The translations under genes and the position numbers were made by a program. Positions 1 to 12,821 of a stretch of DNA of 64,000 nucleotides are shown piece after piece; within the stretch, counting starts at the first letter, position 1; every line of letters begins with the position of its first letter. Origin of the DNA: Bugula neritina (taxonomy: Eukaryota > Animalia > Bryozoa); assembly GCA_964035545.1 (NCBI GenBank), contig OZ037773.1, positions 8,647,751-8,711,750 of the forward strand. Direction: 5' to 3'. Below the pieces are notes generated by a model that saw only the letters and a list, made by a program, of their open reading frames with translations, ran no database searches and was not told the DNA's origin.

Positions 1-55
1 TGATCATGTCAGTCGGGTTGAGCAGGTCTACTTGAGCTTCATTATCTGCCGCCAT
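1..55 (-). CDS. Probable first coding exon of a gene running off the left edge (MAADNEAQVDLLNPTDMI...), product unknown
   Basis: Reverse strand reads AAG ATG GCG GCA..., a YY1-like AAGATGGCGGC start context typical of housekeeping genes. The frame is open to the window edge. Only 18 codons are visible. Confidence 0.4.
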   Translation of the reverse strand, partial: MAADNEAQVDLLNPTDMI

Positions 56-1890
56 CTTTACTAATTGCCACGCCCACCAGACTGGTCAGTCTGCAGCTAA
101 GGATCTAGGGCTATTTATCAGATAGAAACTGGCCTAAGACAACATCAGGATAATTCAATTAAACAAAATTATTATATCACATTAATATTCAACTTGCGAA
201 AAATTTAAAATATTTTGAAGTTATGAAGCCTGAAAATTCCTTACAGATTAAGCAGTCTTCTTACATATTTATATTCCCTAGACATGGTTTTCATTCAAAA
301 AAGCTTCTAAACACTTTGGTTTGACTTTATTTTAATGCAGGATGTAAAGTAAGTATATTAAAGCAAGTGTGCATCATTTGCCCATACAGCTTTACTTTGC
401 TAAAAGCAAGCTAGCATAGCTTAGCTTTTGTCTGAATCAAGCACGTTAAATAGGGGGGGGGGGGTGCATAAAAAATTCAAGTAGCAAAACTAGTCATTTA
501 AGCCACAAGGCTAGACCTAAATATCCAATACTTGAGTATTATAATATAGAAAATGTTATAAAAAGCAAAGTTAATTTCACTTGATTTGGGCTAACATTCT
601 CACCAAAAATTATGTAATATCTTTATGAAAGCCCTCCCCCATATGCAACAAAAACTCTGAACTGAGCATTGAATAACTAATAGCACCTAAATACGTATAG
701 TAACCATGTATTAAACTTTGTATTACTAATACTTGCAATGATTATAGTAATGATGCTCATTATCATTATAATCGTTCTCATGGTTCGTATTGATAGTCAC
801 TGTCAAATCAATACCACAATCACTATGACACACCATAACAGTGTAAAACTAAAAATCAAAAATGTTGACTAGAGGCATTATTAAAATTGTTTTTAAAATA
901 TTAGTTAGACAGCGGTTATTAAAATAAAGTAAATACAGTTTTGATAATTTTTATAATTCCCAAAATCTTTTTATTTCCAAACTTTTTTAAGGCAAACATT
1001 TGCCTAACACTCAATTAATAGAAGTATTAGTATAATAATTAAAGTAAAATAACAGATTATAGTCATACTCATAGTGATAATAGACATTGAATAAAACCAG
1101 GATTTGCAATTTTACTGACAATCATATTATTCAGTAGTGATTCTGTGTCATGACTGAAAGTGATATGCATAGTGATGGTCATACTCTAAGAGTAAGCAAT
1201 TGTCATAGTAATAGTAATAGTAGTCATAATCATAATGCTAATGATCACTGACTATAGGTATAACATTACTTGCCGCAATCATCCTTGTAAAACTAAGTTA
1301 TGGTTATGATATTTAAATATTTAATTATTGAAATTATAAATTAATAATTAGACTGAGTCATTTACTAACTGACTTACAGCTACTGTTACAGTGTTAGTGA
1401 GTATCTAATAGTAATATTCTTATTCTAACTCTACTTCAGTTTTTGGTTTTTTCAACCTCAGTTTAACTTTAATTTGATGGTAATATTGTTCCTTTCAATA
1501 ATAATCTTTGATCAATAGACATTATGATATAAGTTGATTAATAATAGTTACAATAATAATTCAAAATCATAATTTTACTAAGTCTAACAATTATAATTTA
1601 TTTGCAGTTTTACTGTAAGTGTAACTGAGTTTAAGTTTGAATTTTGGTTTGCCTTATTTTTGCTCTTTTCTAATATACTTACTTTATGGAACAGGAAACA
1701 TTGTGTTGATATATTTAACCGGCATTCATCGGTTTTGAAGCATTTTATTTTAATATATGCATATGCAGTATTTAATTATATTAAGCTGAACACTTTAAAC
1801 TGTAACTTTTACAGGCGACTGATTTTAGTGTTCTTTAGATACCAACAATTCCATGTCCATTCACAATGCCAAACCGATCAATAGGTGAAT

Positions 1891-1900
1891 GTGACGTCAC
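1891..1900. promoter_or_regulatory. CRE/ATF palindrome GTGACGTCAC in a CpG-containing patch upstream of the small membrane protein gene
   Basis: Perfect TGACGTCA core. The CpG-rich patch at ~1870-2025 stands out from the CpG-poor surroundings. Confidence 0.4.
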
Positions 1901-2262
1901 AATCGTGTGACGAACCGTGCGGGCTGAGCTACGAAAGGGACAGGATTTTTAGACCATTTGGTAAAACAATACCAACTCGAAAAATATCGCTCCGTGAAAA
2001 ACTCGCGCTTTTGTAACGCGAGGTGATAACTTCCAAATAAAGTTGCATTTCAAATTTATGCAATAGTTGCTACAACTTTTAGTGATAGTAATATATCAAT
2101 GGGCATTGCAAGTGTTATATTATTCACATGAGTTACTTTAGTATGCTTTAAGTTAATTAACTATGTAACCATTCAAGTTTGTAGATTTTAAAATAAACAT
2201 GTGATATAATGCTATAGTTTAGATGAAGTATTGCCTTTGGTTAGCAGGTGCAGTTAGGTTCT

Positions 2263-4194
2263 ATGGACTCTCAAAGGCAGGTGGCAGTGTTGCTGGTGCT
2301 CAGTCTATGCTTATGTAACTTTTCTTTAATCTCTGCTGTACATGGAGATGAAGCACAATATGAACACGGAGCGCAGATGTTGCACCCAACATACAACACT
2401 GTGGATGTAATTATTACAGGTACTAAGTCTGCGTATTCCCTATGTAAAATGATGTATGCGTTAGCTGTACTAGATTTTTGCTTTTGGTTGAATACTATTG
2501 AACCAATTTTAAAAGTTCAGAAAAATGACTTGTAGTATGTATAAACATTTTATAAAGTTATAACTTAGATATAGGAGTTTGCTACTTTTTAATTTTGCAT
2601 GCACTTTTGCATCCACACACGACACAAATTGAGTTTTCAGGGCTCACAGGCTCAAAGTTAGTTCAGTAAAATTGAATTAACCATTTAGAATAGCTAACTG
2701 CAGAGCAGCACTTTTGTTTGTAACATGATCTACAGTATTACGCAGTGACAAAGATCCAGAAAAGATCCAGCCAGTTGGAAAAACTGTTCACCTAAACTCG
2801 TCCCTTTTACTGCCATGTAACGAAACAACCTGCACTAATCTGACATCATGTCACTTCCGGAATGACACTAGTGACTGGCTATGCAGGTGCTTTGAAAGAA
2901 GCACAGCAGCCATTAGCAACTGTTCTCTGATTGGTTCGAGCAGTGGAGCAATGATTCAACATTACCACAGATACTCAATAGCTAACTACTTGGAGATACT
3001 AGGTAAGGGGATGCAACTCCATAACATATAGCATCTCATAAATAACAATCAAGTGCAGCTGAAACATTGGGAATGGTTTATGGTAACTTTGGAATTATTT
3101 GTCAAGCGATTTGAAGGTTTTTTCAATTAATAGAAAATCTTTGTTTATTGTTGAAAGAGCACTGGTGGTTTAGATGCAATATATAATTAGTATTATGGTA
3201 TACTAGCATTACATAGTATTATAATGTTAGCTAGCTCTCTTATAGGCTACAAATTACCAAATATATTATATTAGGTACTCGATCAAGCTAAATTTTGGTG
3301 CTATTGGTGGGAGCATAAAGAATACTTAGTAATCATATGTATAGACGGATTCTTATACAAATAGAATTCTGCATTATATTCTTTATATGATTGATATATA
3401 TATTATATAACATATACGATCTGCATTATATTTTTACCAAGAGTTTCAATATTTCAGCTTTACTAATAATGAGCATAGCATTGGCATTGCTGTGTTCCAC
3501 TCATCTCAGGAAACCAGCTGTAGATGGGATGGACTCACTGCCTTACATTATTAGGTAATTATTTAATAATTATAATTATAATAATAATAATATAATGTCA
3601 TGTATGATAAGATTATGTAATATAATACTATGTATTATATTACTGTGTATTGCAATGCTGTGTATTCTAAAGAACTGTTATATTACATGATACATACTAT
3701 GAAAGGTTCAAATCTAACTATTTATTATAACTATACACTTATCAGACTATATAAGGCTAAGGTAAATTAGTTATAGCTAAAGCTAAACTTACCTATCTGT
3801 GGGAAAATGTCTTTTTAATAATATGTTTTAATGTCAAATTTTCTGTCATCAAATTATAAAATAGCATAGTGTCTACACCTATGAGATGGTATATATGTAG
3901 TTATTAGTCAACAGCCATTAAAGTTAAGTTAAGATGGATGAGCATGATTTTAACTTGTAAAATCTTTTTTTCTTATCATACAATAATACAACCATTATTC
4001 TCTGGTACGATTTGACAGAACTGCTTCAGATATAGAGGTGTGTGTTTATAGCTACCAGTAAAGAAGCTCTCTTTATGTTTTACAGGTTCTCAAGAAATTC
4101 TGAAGCTGTAAACTCTCGAAATGGAAATGTTGATGTTAGTAGGGAAGGTGGAGATATGGTGGAGATTTATCAAGTTCCTATCAATAGACTCTGA
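2263..4194 (+). CDS. Small (120 aa) single-pass type I membrane protein, unknown family; exons 2263-2419, 3458-3554, 4086-4194
   Basis: The three exons join in frame through canonical GT-AG introns (phases 1, 2; 363 nt total). Product: signal peptide (MDSQRQVAVLLVLSLCLCNFSLISAVHG), short ectodomain, TM helix VDVIITALLIMSIALALLCS, and a cytoplasmic tail ending EIYQVPINRL*. Confidence 0.65.
2851..3002 (+). CDS. Putative alternative promoter plus alternative first coding exon (ATG 2951-3002, MIQHYHRYSIANYLEIL) of the small membrane protein
   Basis: ETS-like CACTTCCGG (~2852) and inverted CCAAT (CTGATTGG, ~2927) lie upstream. The exon ends at a strong AG|GTAAGG donor in phase 1, compatible with the exon at 3458. 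Confidence 0.45.
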
Positions 4195-5394
4195 CTTACT
4201 TTTCTTTTAGCTTTATTTAATTTTAATTTTGAAATTAATTGAAAAGAACATTCAGTATTTCAATATAAAAAGCTTCCAAATTCTTACGTGAAAACATGTG
4301 ATGTATTCTTATCATCATTAAATTTCATTTTTATATTTTCCTTTATATTAAAGCAAAACAAACTAATATTTTGGGTCTATTGTATTCATTTTTAGTGTTT
4401 AAATGAGAATTTCTAATCATTCTCATTCAAACTCTGAACATAATAAGTACAATGGTATCTTGAGTAATGGTTTACTTTGTTTTAATATAAATAAAGCAAA
4501 ATTCAAAAATAAAAATGTTTTTTGTTTATCCTTTTCTAATAATTGATATGAAGTTGGCACTTTTTATCTGTTTTAAATGTTAAGCCTGTAAATGCAAATA
4601 TATAAATTACAGCATGTAGTTGTATATACTTACGGCAAGTCTATAAATGCAATTTTATATAAAGAAGACAACTCTTGTTGATTTAGGAGAATGTGTAATA
4701 AGTAGCAATTGACCGGCTAATAGTGTTACTTAGTATGCTTGCTAAAAGCCTATAAATGTTAGAGTATATTACAATGCTCATCCCAAACTGTTTCTAGCTA
4801 CTTAGCCTTTCTATAATCACAAATAAGCCACAACGCAGTGTAAAAGCTCACAAGCACCACAATGAAAAATTATAGAATACGAAAATCACATGGCATGTTT
4901 CAACAGGTTGCTTTAGAGCACCTGTCACTAAATACATATATTATGTAATAAATTTAGTTTATTTTAGGTTTCATAGTGTCTTTCCTTGGGGATACAAATT
5001 TTAACTCACAATAATGGAAGCAGGTATGGGAATCAACGCCAATAATTTAACTCTTTGATTACAGGTAGAACAGAAGCAGCGACTACCATAAACCATGTTT
5101 CAAGTTGCATTATTTAGTTTAGGTGTGCCGTGGCTAAATACAGGCATATATAAATATACCAAGTCTTTCTGCACGCATGCAATATAATCAATAGAGAAGA
5201 GTGGATTCATTTTCTCCTGCTCTTGAGATATGAAGACATACAAGTGTGTGAATCAATCATCTTTAAGTGTTATCCATTCAGAATAACAGATAATACAATT
5301 GATTACATCTATCCATAGCGAAGGGCAGGGAAATGATGCATATGATTGACTCAGGTTAAACAAACATTTCAGTTACAACTGCAGAACCAAATTC

Positions 5395-5522
5395 CTGGTA
5401 TCCTAGTGACTGTAGCAGGTAAAAACTTCTAGTATCCTAGTGACTGTAGCAGGTAAAAACTTCTAGTATCCTAGTGAATGTAGCAGGTAAAAACTTTTGA
5501 TATTCTAGTGACTGCAGCAGGC
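5395..5522 (+). repeat. 34-bp minisatellite x~4 (TAGTATCCTAGTGACTGTAGCAGGTAAAAACTTC)
   Basis: Direct tandem copies. The first three contain CAG|GTAAAA, a donor-like motif. Confidence 0.85.
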
Positions 5523-8500
5523 GAAACCTCCAACCATACTTGGGGTTATCTATAATATGTCATACTATTTTATTTTGTTTTTGTTGCAATTACAAATTAT
5601 GGAGAATTAACAGCATAGTAGTGTGCAGGTTTATAATTCACATGCATAATATTATGATATTATTTTAGAGCAATAATTTCACAAATTAATATATATCTAT
5701 ATACTAATGCAGCCATAGTAGGCAATAATGGTATAATAAATTTGCATAAATATAATTGTAAATTACATTTATTTGAACCAATAGTGCAGTAGCATTTATG
5801 TCTATAATTCACACAGTTTGGGGTTCATAAGGACCTGTTATATCGTGAGTGAAAACAAGGCTAATTCTATCACTACAAAGGCCAAATAAAAAGTACATTA
5901 GTGAAAATAGTAAAGTAAAGTTCTATAGAAATTAGTTCAAATAAAGCAATCTCAACTACTCAACTCTTCTAATTTAAACCATAGGCAGAGTTGATATAAG
6001 TTGCTGTGAAACAAATACCTTATTGATAGAAGGATTTAATGAAAGCATAAAAGGAGAATAAGGTTTGGTTTGCTTAGTATATTAGCATAAGGTGCTAACC
6101 GACACTAATTGATATTGGATACATGTATATGAACTGTCAATCAAACGTGTTTTCAATAGAATAAACTAATCCAGTATAAATATTGCTAACTTAATTTCTT
6201 GCTGTACTCAAACAGTTGAGTTTCTTCTAGTAATCTACCACTCTACATCTGTATGCAGGGTTTGATTATATCGAAATGAGCTGTTAACATCACCTGAAAA
6301 CACATTCTAACACATGCAAATGTTTTATTCAATATTTTCCATGTAATAGTTTTGTGTTATTTAGAAAAAATTCTTTGTTTTAAGCTTTTGTTTGTCAACA
6401 AACCCATCATAATAAGCTAGACCAGTCACTTTCTCGGGGTCTTACAGTACCGAGTATGTAATCTATAGAAGTATTAATTATTTCTCATCACGTGACTATA
6501 TCAAGTCTAGAAATAAGATTATAATGGACTAGGATACTTCAATGCTGCGTAGTGTTATATAATATAATATCGTTTGCTCATTCAATAGCAGGCTCTCACA
6601 ACGGAAGGCATGCACTGCACAAGGATTATTCTATAACATCATAGCAGTAAGCAGGTAAAGCTGAAACTTTCTCTTTCAGTGTATTCAGTTTATTAGGTAT
6701 ATTACAAGGTTAGCTGTTAACTAGAAGCTTTAAATTTCAGTTATTTTATACCTACAGTTTAATTGCTGCTATGGTTGCATCAAAACTTTAGATCGCTAAA
6801 GCTAAAGCCTTCAAAATATACCATAAGTTTTCATTAGATCTATACTATCTATACTGTCATAGATACAATATATAGGTTCTTTTATTAGCTATTTATTAAT
6901 TGTTATATTTATTATTGACAAACATGAATTATTACAGTATGCACAAGTCTTTATAAGTAAATGACCTATAAAAATGAGTTATTGTAGTTATATTCTTTTG
7001 TTGAAGAAGTGCTTTTAAGAGCATTTGTAGGTCTTCCTGTGACAAATGTTTTATATAAAAAAAACAAATTGTAATCTGAGAGCTTTAATAATAGTAATTG
7101 GCGAATAATTACTGCTGACAATATTTAAAGACGGAATTACTGCAGTCTACTTTTAATTTAATTGTTTTAATAGCATTAGCAATTTTGTTTTGACTAATGT
7201 ATGCAATATTTGAGCGAAAGTGAAAAAAATCTTTTTTATCCTGTAAACAGACTGTTTGTGCTGCTGGAACAGCTAAAATAGATAATGGTTTGTAGGAGAT
7301 TACAAAACTACTTTAAACAAAAAATAATTTTGAGTTTTTATACATTCAAAAGCAAATTGTCATGTTTATTTTGTCTTTAGCAGCATTTTGACGTAACATC
7401 TAGACCAGCATGAAAATTCAAAGTCACCGAGTTATAGTCATATAATATGGTATTACGCTAGACTGGAGTAAAACAATAATGAGCACTAGCTAACACAAAC
7501 ATAGTACGTCTTTTCATTATAGCACTATGCTACCACTAAGTCAATATTGCAATTATAGGACGCAGATTATAAAAGCATGAAACAGCCTAGAAAACTAATT
7601 CCAGTTGTTCACTTTTTGCAACATCACTAATTGCGAGAAAGTTGTCATCAAAAACATCTGTGCTGGATTATACAATTCAATCAATATGAATTTAGTAGAT
7701 GGATTGCAGTGTGGGAGAGCAGCTTACTAAATGCTATGACTTAAAACAGTTCAATTAACTCGCTGTCTTTGAATGGTTCAAGGCTTTTCATGCTTATTAA
7801 TTAAAAATAGAAGCAGACCACTAAAAACACTGAGGATTACGTACACAGAATAAAGCAATTTTTCTAACTTTTAACTGCAGCTATTATTCATCTTTCAAGT
7901 GGTTTCTGATGAAATTTTATCTAGTTTGTTTCTTCTTTATTAATTAAAGTGACTTCTGATATTGAGTATTGAGTGTTGACTTATGGGTAGAATAAGCAAT
8001 ATTTGGAGTCATCTCCCATGCATTGCTATGAATCAATATAATATGCAATTCACACAGCTTCACAGCGAAACATTTTTTAATCTTTTTAGTTTCTAATTGG
8101 AATAAGCAGTTTATCAGTGGCAAATTATGGGTGCAATGTATTTCAGTAAATCCACAGTTTCTACAAGTTTATGGATCCACAACTCGAACCTATATTGTCA
8201 TATTTATTTCTTAGTCTAGACTCTAGTTCATTAAAATTATTGATAATTGATAATACCCTGATTAATCTCTTTCTACTACTTTTTTTTGGGAAATAATGCA
8301 ATTGATCATAAACTTACTATTTAAGTTATAGAAAGGTTTATGCATTTTTTAGAATACATATTTATACAATAATGCTATGAAACTTCAGTCAATGTGGAGT
8401 GAATAAAATTTATCACTTCAAATAGGTGGAGCTTTCCAAAAAAAACTTTTTTAAAGCTGTTATTGTCTGCCTCATAATATGACTCATAGTGACAACTAAA

Positions 8501-11500
8501 ACTGAAATTTGTGATATAACACTAAACTCAAACATGTAATGAACGTGCAGTTGGAGTGAAAGTTTCACAGTGGAGATATTCTGACCAACAAGCAAATTAC
8601 TGTGATCTGTGTGTATAGGTATTATAGCACAAGCAATTAGTATTTCTCTACTATATATGATACTATATAATTAGCCTGATTTAACTTCTTCTTCATTGCT
8701 ATTTTAGTAGTACAAGTCCTTAGGCAAAGGTATAAATTGTTGCAGTGCTAGCTTTAAAATGCTTGCCACTGTCATATCCAATAAACCACTGCATTGCAAT
8801 ATAAAAACACTGAATTATTGCACTCAAACACAGTCTAAAGTTATAAAATAAACATTGAATTAAACATTAGTCTGATGGAAAATCTATTGAATTTATTTGA
8901 GTAGCAGGTTTGCTGCTAGTTTTCAGCAACAATTGACAAACTTAAATAACCAAAACCTCTAAGCTAGTGGACTACTGGACTTCTGGGCTACTATACCATT
9001 GGACCCCTCGACTACTGGGCCACTGGGCCGTTAGAACTCGAGACCTTCGGACCACTTTGTAATCTGTTGAAGTATTGTTTAATCTATCAATTTTATTAGG
9101 TCACTGCTAGATTATATACAGTTGATAACTAGGTGTTTACTACTGGACAATGCAGGTCTAGGTGATAATTAAGTAGTAGCATCATTAAATGATAATTTAG
9201 CTATACTAATTCAAGGGCTGAATAAGAAATGGTAAATCATATGTAACAATTGTAGCTGACAAATAATAAAACTGACCAATCAGACTTGTGATTACATTAA
9301 CATTCAACCAATTAGGTGAGTGGTCTCAATAGCTAATATAAATTATTTATTATCTAATCAATCTGCTGCCACTGAGAGGGCACAGTATACAGATGGACTG
9401 CTGCCAGCGTAAGCCACACTTCAAGTGGGTTACAAGTGCTGTGAGTCATGTTTGTATTGCTATCAAGTAGAATACGCAGCAGTGGAAAGACATCTAAGTT
9501 GTATGAGAAAGTAACATGCTGTATAGAGAGAAAGTGCCAGCACAAGCTGTGTTCACTCTTGAACCGTAGTGTTCTATAAACCACCATCTGTTTCGTAGTA
9601 CTTCTGTATCACTTGACTTCTGATAGAATAGTATTTATGTGGATGACTTTTAGCAAGCAACTTTGTGATGAATCTAGCAAATTTACCAAACACTGCAAAT
9701 GAAATCCTGTGGCTTACTTTTCCTCGATTTGTTGTCTGATATATTGTGTAGACCTCAGTAAATAAGAACGTCTGACCCTGTACCATTCCAGTCCTGAGAT
9801 TTCATGTAGAAACTAAAATACTCAAAACTGTTATTTGTTGAAAGAGCTGTGAGGAACTACTGCTTTCACACAAAAAGCTTTTCTATTTTTTGATAAAAGT
9901 GTAAAAATAGAGAGGATGACTCTATACATAGAACATTTATTGTATAGATATATAAATATAAGTGACATTTCTCAAATTTGTATATTTTATTGCCTATAAA
10001 AAAAGTGAAACAGTCTCCAAACAATGCTTTAATATTTTTTTTAGATTTTATTATAAAAGTTATTGTAGTATTCTATACTGTATATATTACACTATCAATA
10101 TCCTGCTATTATAATACATGACCAGATAATTGAACAAGAATAATTACGTGGCTTTCCTACACAAGTTCACTCTTGAGACTTCGTGTGAAATCTCAATCAA
10201 GTTAATTAATTGAGTAATTTCAAATCAATTTCCTAATTGTCTATGTTAGCTGGTCTAATAACAGTTTTGAATTAGATTTATCCATTTCCTTTCTGAGGAG
10301 GTTACAGTTTGTGGTATTCTAATGCGGGACCCTGTACTGCGCAGTATAGATTGAAGGCTTCATCTCTTTTTAGACAGAAGTTAACTCTACAGTATTCTGG
10401 CCATGTAGTCAAAGGTAGTAAGATAAAGTTTAGCATCAAGTTATAAACTTAATCTTCTCAAGTCAAAGCCCTGAGTCTCTCAAGTTTTTCAAGTGCTATA
10501 CTCTAGCCTGACAAGACCCTAATCTCTTAAGTCATAAACCTTAGCTTTTTTTAAGTCACTAAGTCTCGATGAAAAATGTCGAGAAAATGTAGATAATTGG
10601 GATTAAAATTGGAAGAAAACTGCATTTCAATGTTGGATCAAGCACATTCAAGCTAGGCCATTTTGAAAATGCTCCAATTTTAGCAACATTACTCCTGTTT
10701 AATTATATTGTATTAGAAGCTTTTTAGTCATAAAGTTAAGTTTTGAAGGATGCATATTTGCAACAGCTGTTTTAGGGTTGGCATATTGTGTTATAGGGCA
10801 TTCACATAACATGACATTGTTTTAAGGAAGACAAAGACTTCTAACTATAGTAATTAATGATAAATTATAGATTTTAGCGCGTGTGACATAAAAAACTAAT
10901 ATTGTTATTAATTATATATTAAAAGATATTTTCTCATATTTTAAGGTGCCTGAAGATTTTGTAATGGGATTATTTTTCTTGAGTCAAACATGGCAGTATT
11001 TGACTGGAGTTGTCATTTATAATTTGACAGTAATTATTTATACGAAATTACCCAGCTTCGTGATGCACGCAAGAATAAATCTATTCCTTCCAATACTTCT
11101 CAACGTTACAGCCTCCAGAGCTAAAGATCATATTGTATGTCACCTGCCTTATAATCCGGAGATTATATTGAACTCAGTCTCAGCTCTCAGCTCTTTCTAT
11201 GACTTAAAATTATACTTTCTCATAACTGCTGAATACAAAATAATTATTTATTTTGTAATTCGTTCTAGGCAAGTAATTTCGTGTAAATTGTTAGTCAACA
11301 ATAAGCAAATATTTTTTCTGTGTTATATTGAGTATTGCTGTGTTTTAATGAATTAAAAATCACAATTTTATAAAATTTATTTTACAGTAAAAATGCAGTG
11401 TGTCAGTAAAATAACGCAAAAAAATTCAGAAAGTTGAACAGCTAGAAGCCCCATTCATTTGTTATGTTTTTCGATTGTTATTTTTGTTAAAATAGCTTCT

Positions 11501-12821
11501 ATTACTATATTTAAAAGATATGAAAAATAATGCAATTTACTTCTTGCCTAGAAACCTATGATGTTTTTTACTTATATCTGTCTGTGCCAAATCATCTTTT
11601 TCATATAGGCATGCAGATGATGTAAATCAATTGTTGCAAAAGCAAGCAAAGCAGCTATAAAACATGAAAAATATAAAAATATAAACTCATGTGAAACAAT
11701 TCAGATACCGTGTTATCCACAGTTGCAATAGAAGTATAACTACAAAATAGAAACAAGCTTTTAGTGACTAACTTAACAATAGATGTATCAAAGAGAACTC
11801 TCTTTTTTGCAAATGACAATTTTTGAAAACTTTAATTATATTCGCCGACTTGAAACATTTTACTGCTCCCTTTTAGCACATCATTCCATTTTAGAACACT
11901 GTGATGCTTCAACTGCCCTTTTAATGTTGCAGGATTTATTTGTTATTTTATGAAATGAGATAAACAGGAGTCAAGTTTTTAAATAATAACATGTTTCTTG
12001 ATTCTAAAGGTTGCTGACTTTTGCAGGTAGTAATTACACGATGTCCATCAGGAGATGACCTCTGAGCTCATTGTCTCCTCACTGACCTCTACTTCTTCTG
12101 ACCAATGAATCTCTCCCTCAAAAGCAAGGCTACACTGGTAATTATATATATGGTCATACACTCTACCGATAATTGGTTAGAAAATAATTTCAAAATTTGC
12201 TTGTGGAAGTTCTCTTTTCACTCGCAATACATCGAATGATACTGCTAGTGAATTTCATTTATCGGGACTAAACCAGAGCAAAGTATTGTTGACTAATCCT
12301 TGCTATAGCACCTTGGTAGATTTATATTGATAAAAAAAGTGTAATATTTAGCAAGTAAAAGTTAAAGAAGACAACTCTTGACATTGATATACATCGTATC
12401 AGTTCTATTCAACAGTTGTGATATCAGTTGTTGATGGTTAAATTTTACACATAGTTTCATGTTGAAATCCATACAAATCTTTTTTAACAGCAGATTGACA
12501 AAATTTGTATTATTTTTTATGTTATGAGACAGAATTATGACATTAATAACTGTTGTTTTACATACAAGAACATTGCAAAATAATTTACAGCATTTAAATA
12601 TTATAAAAGCTATTTGCCTTACAACATTTTTCATTCAAATTTGCAAAATACTCTTTTATAAACATCACAAAGTTGTAAAAATTATATGTTTTTTTGGTTT
12701 TTGGTTGTTTGGTCTCTAAAATATTTTAGGCGAACCAATTATGATAACCTACGGTTCAGATAATGTGGCTGTTAGATGCATCTCAATCTTCTGTAGCTAT
12801 CAATGGAGAAATGTGCAAGAA

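Noticed and set aside
4300-12700. Short ORFs in the long region upstream of the mAChR (for example 9354-9786, 10946-11356, 12362-12719)
   Set aside because: No recognisable motifs or consistent exon chain. The region probably holds 5' UTR exons and introns of the mAChR (for example ~12029-12137 with short uORFs), but this cannot be supported from sequence alone.
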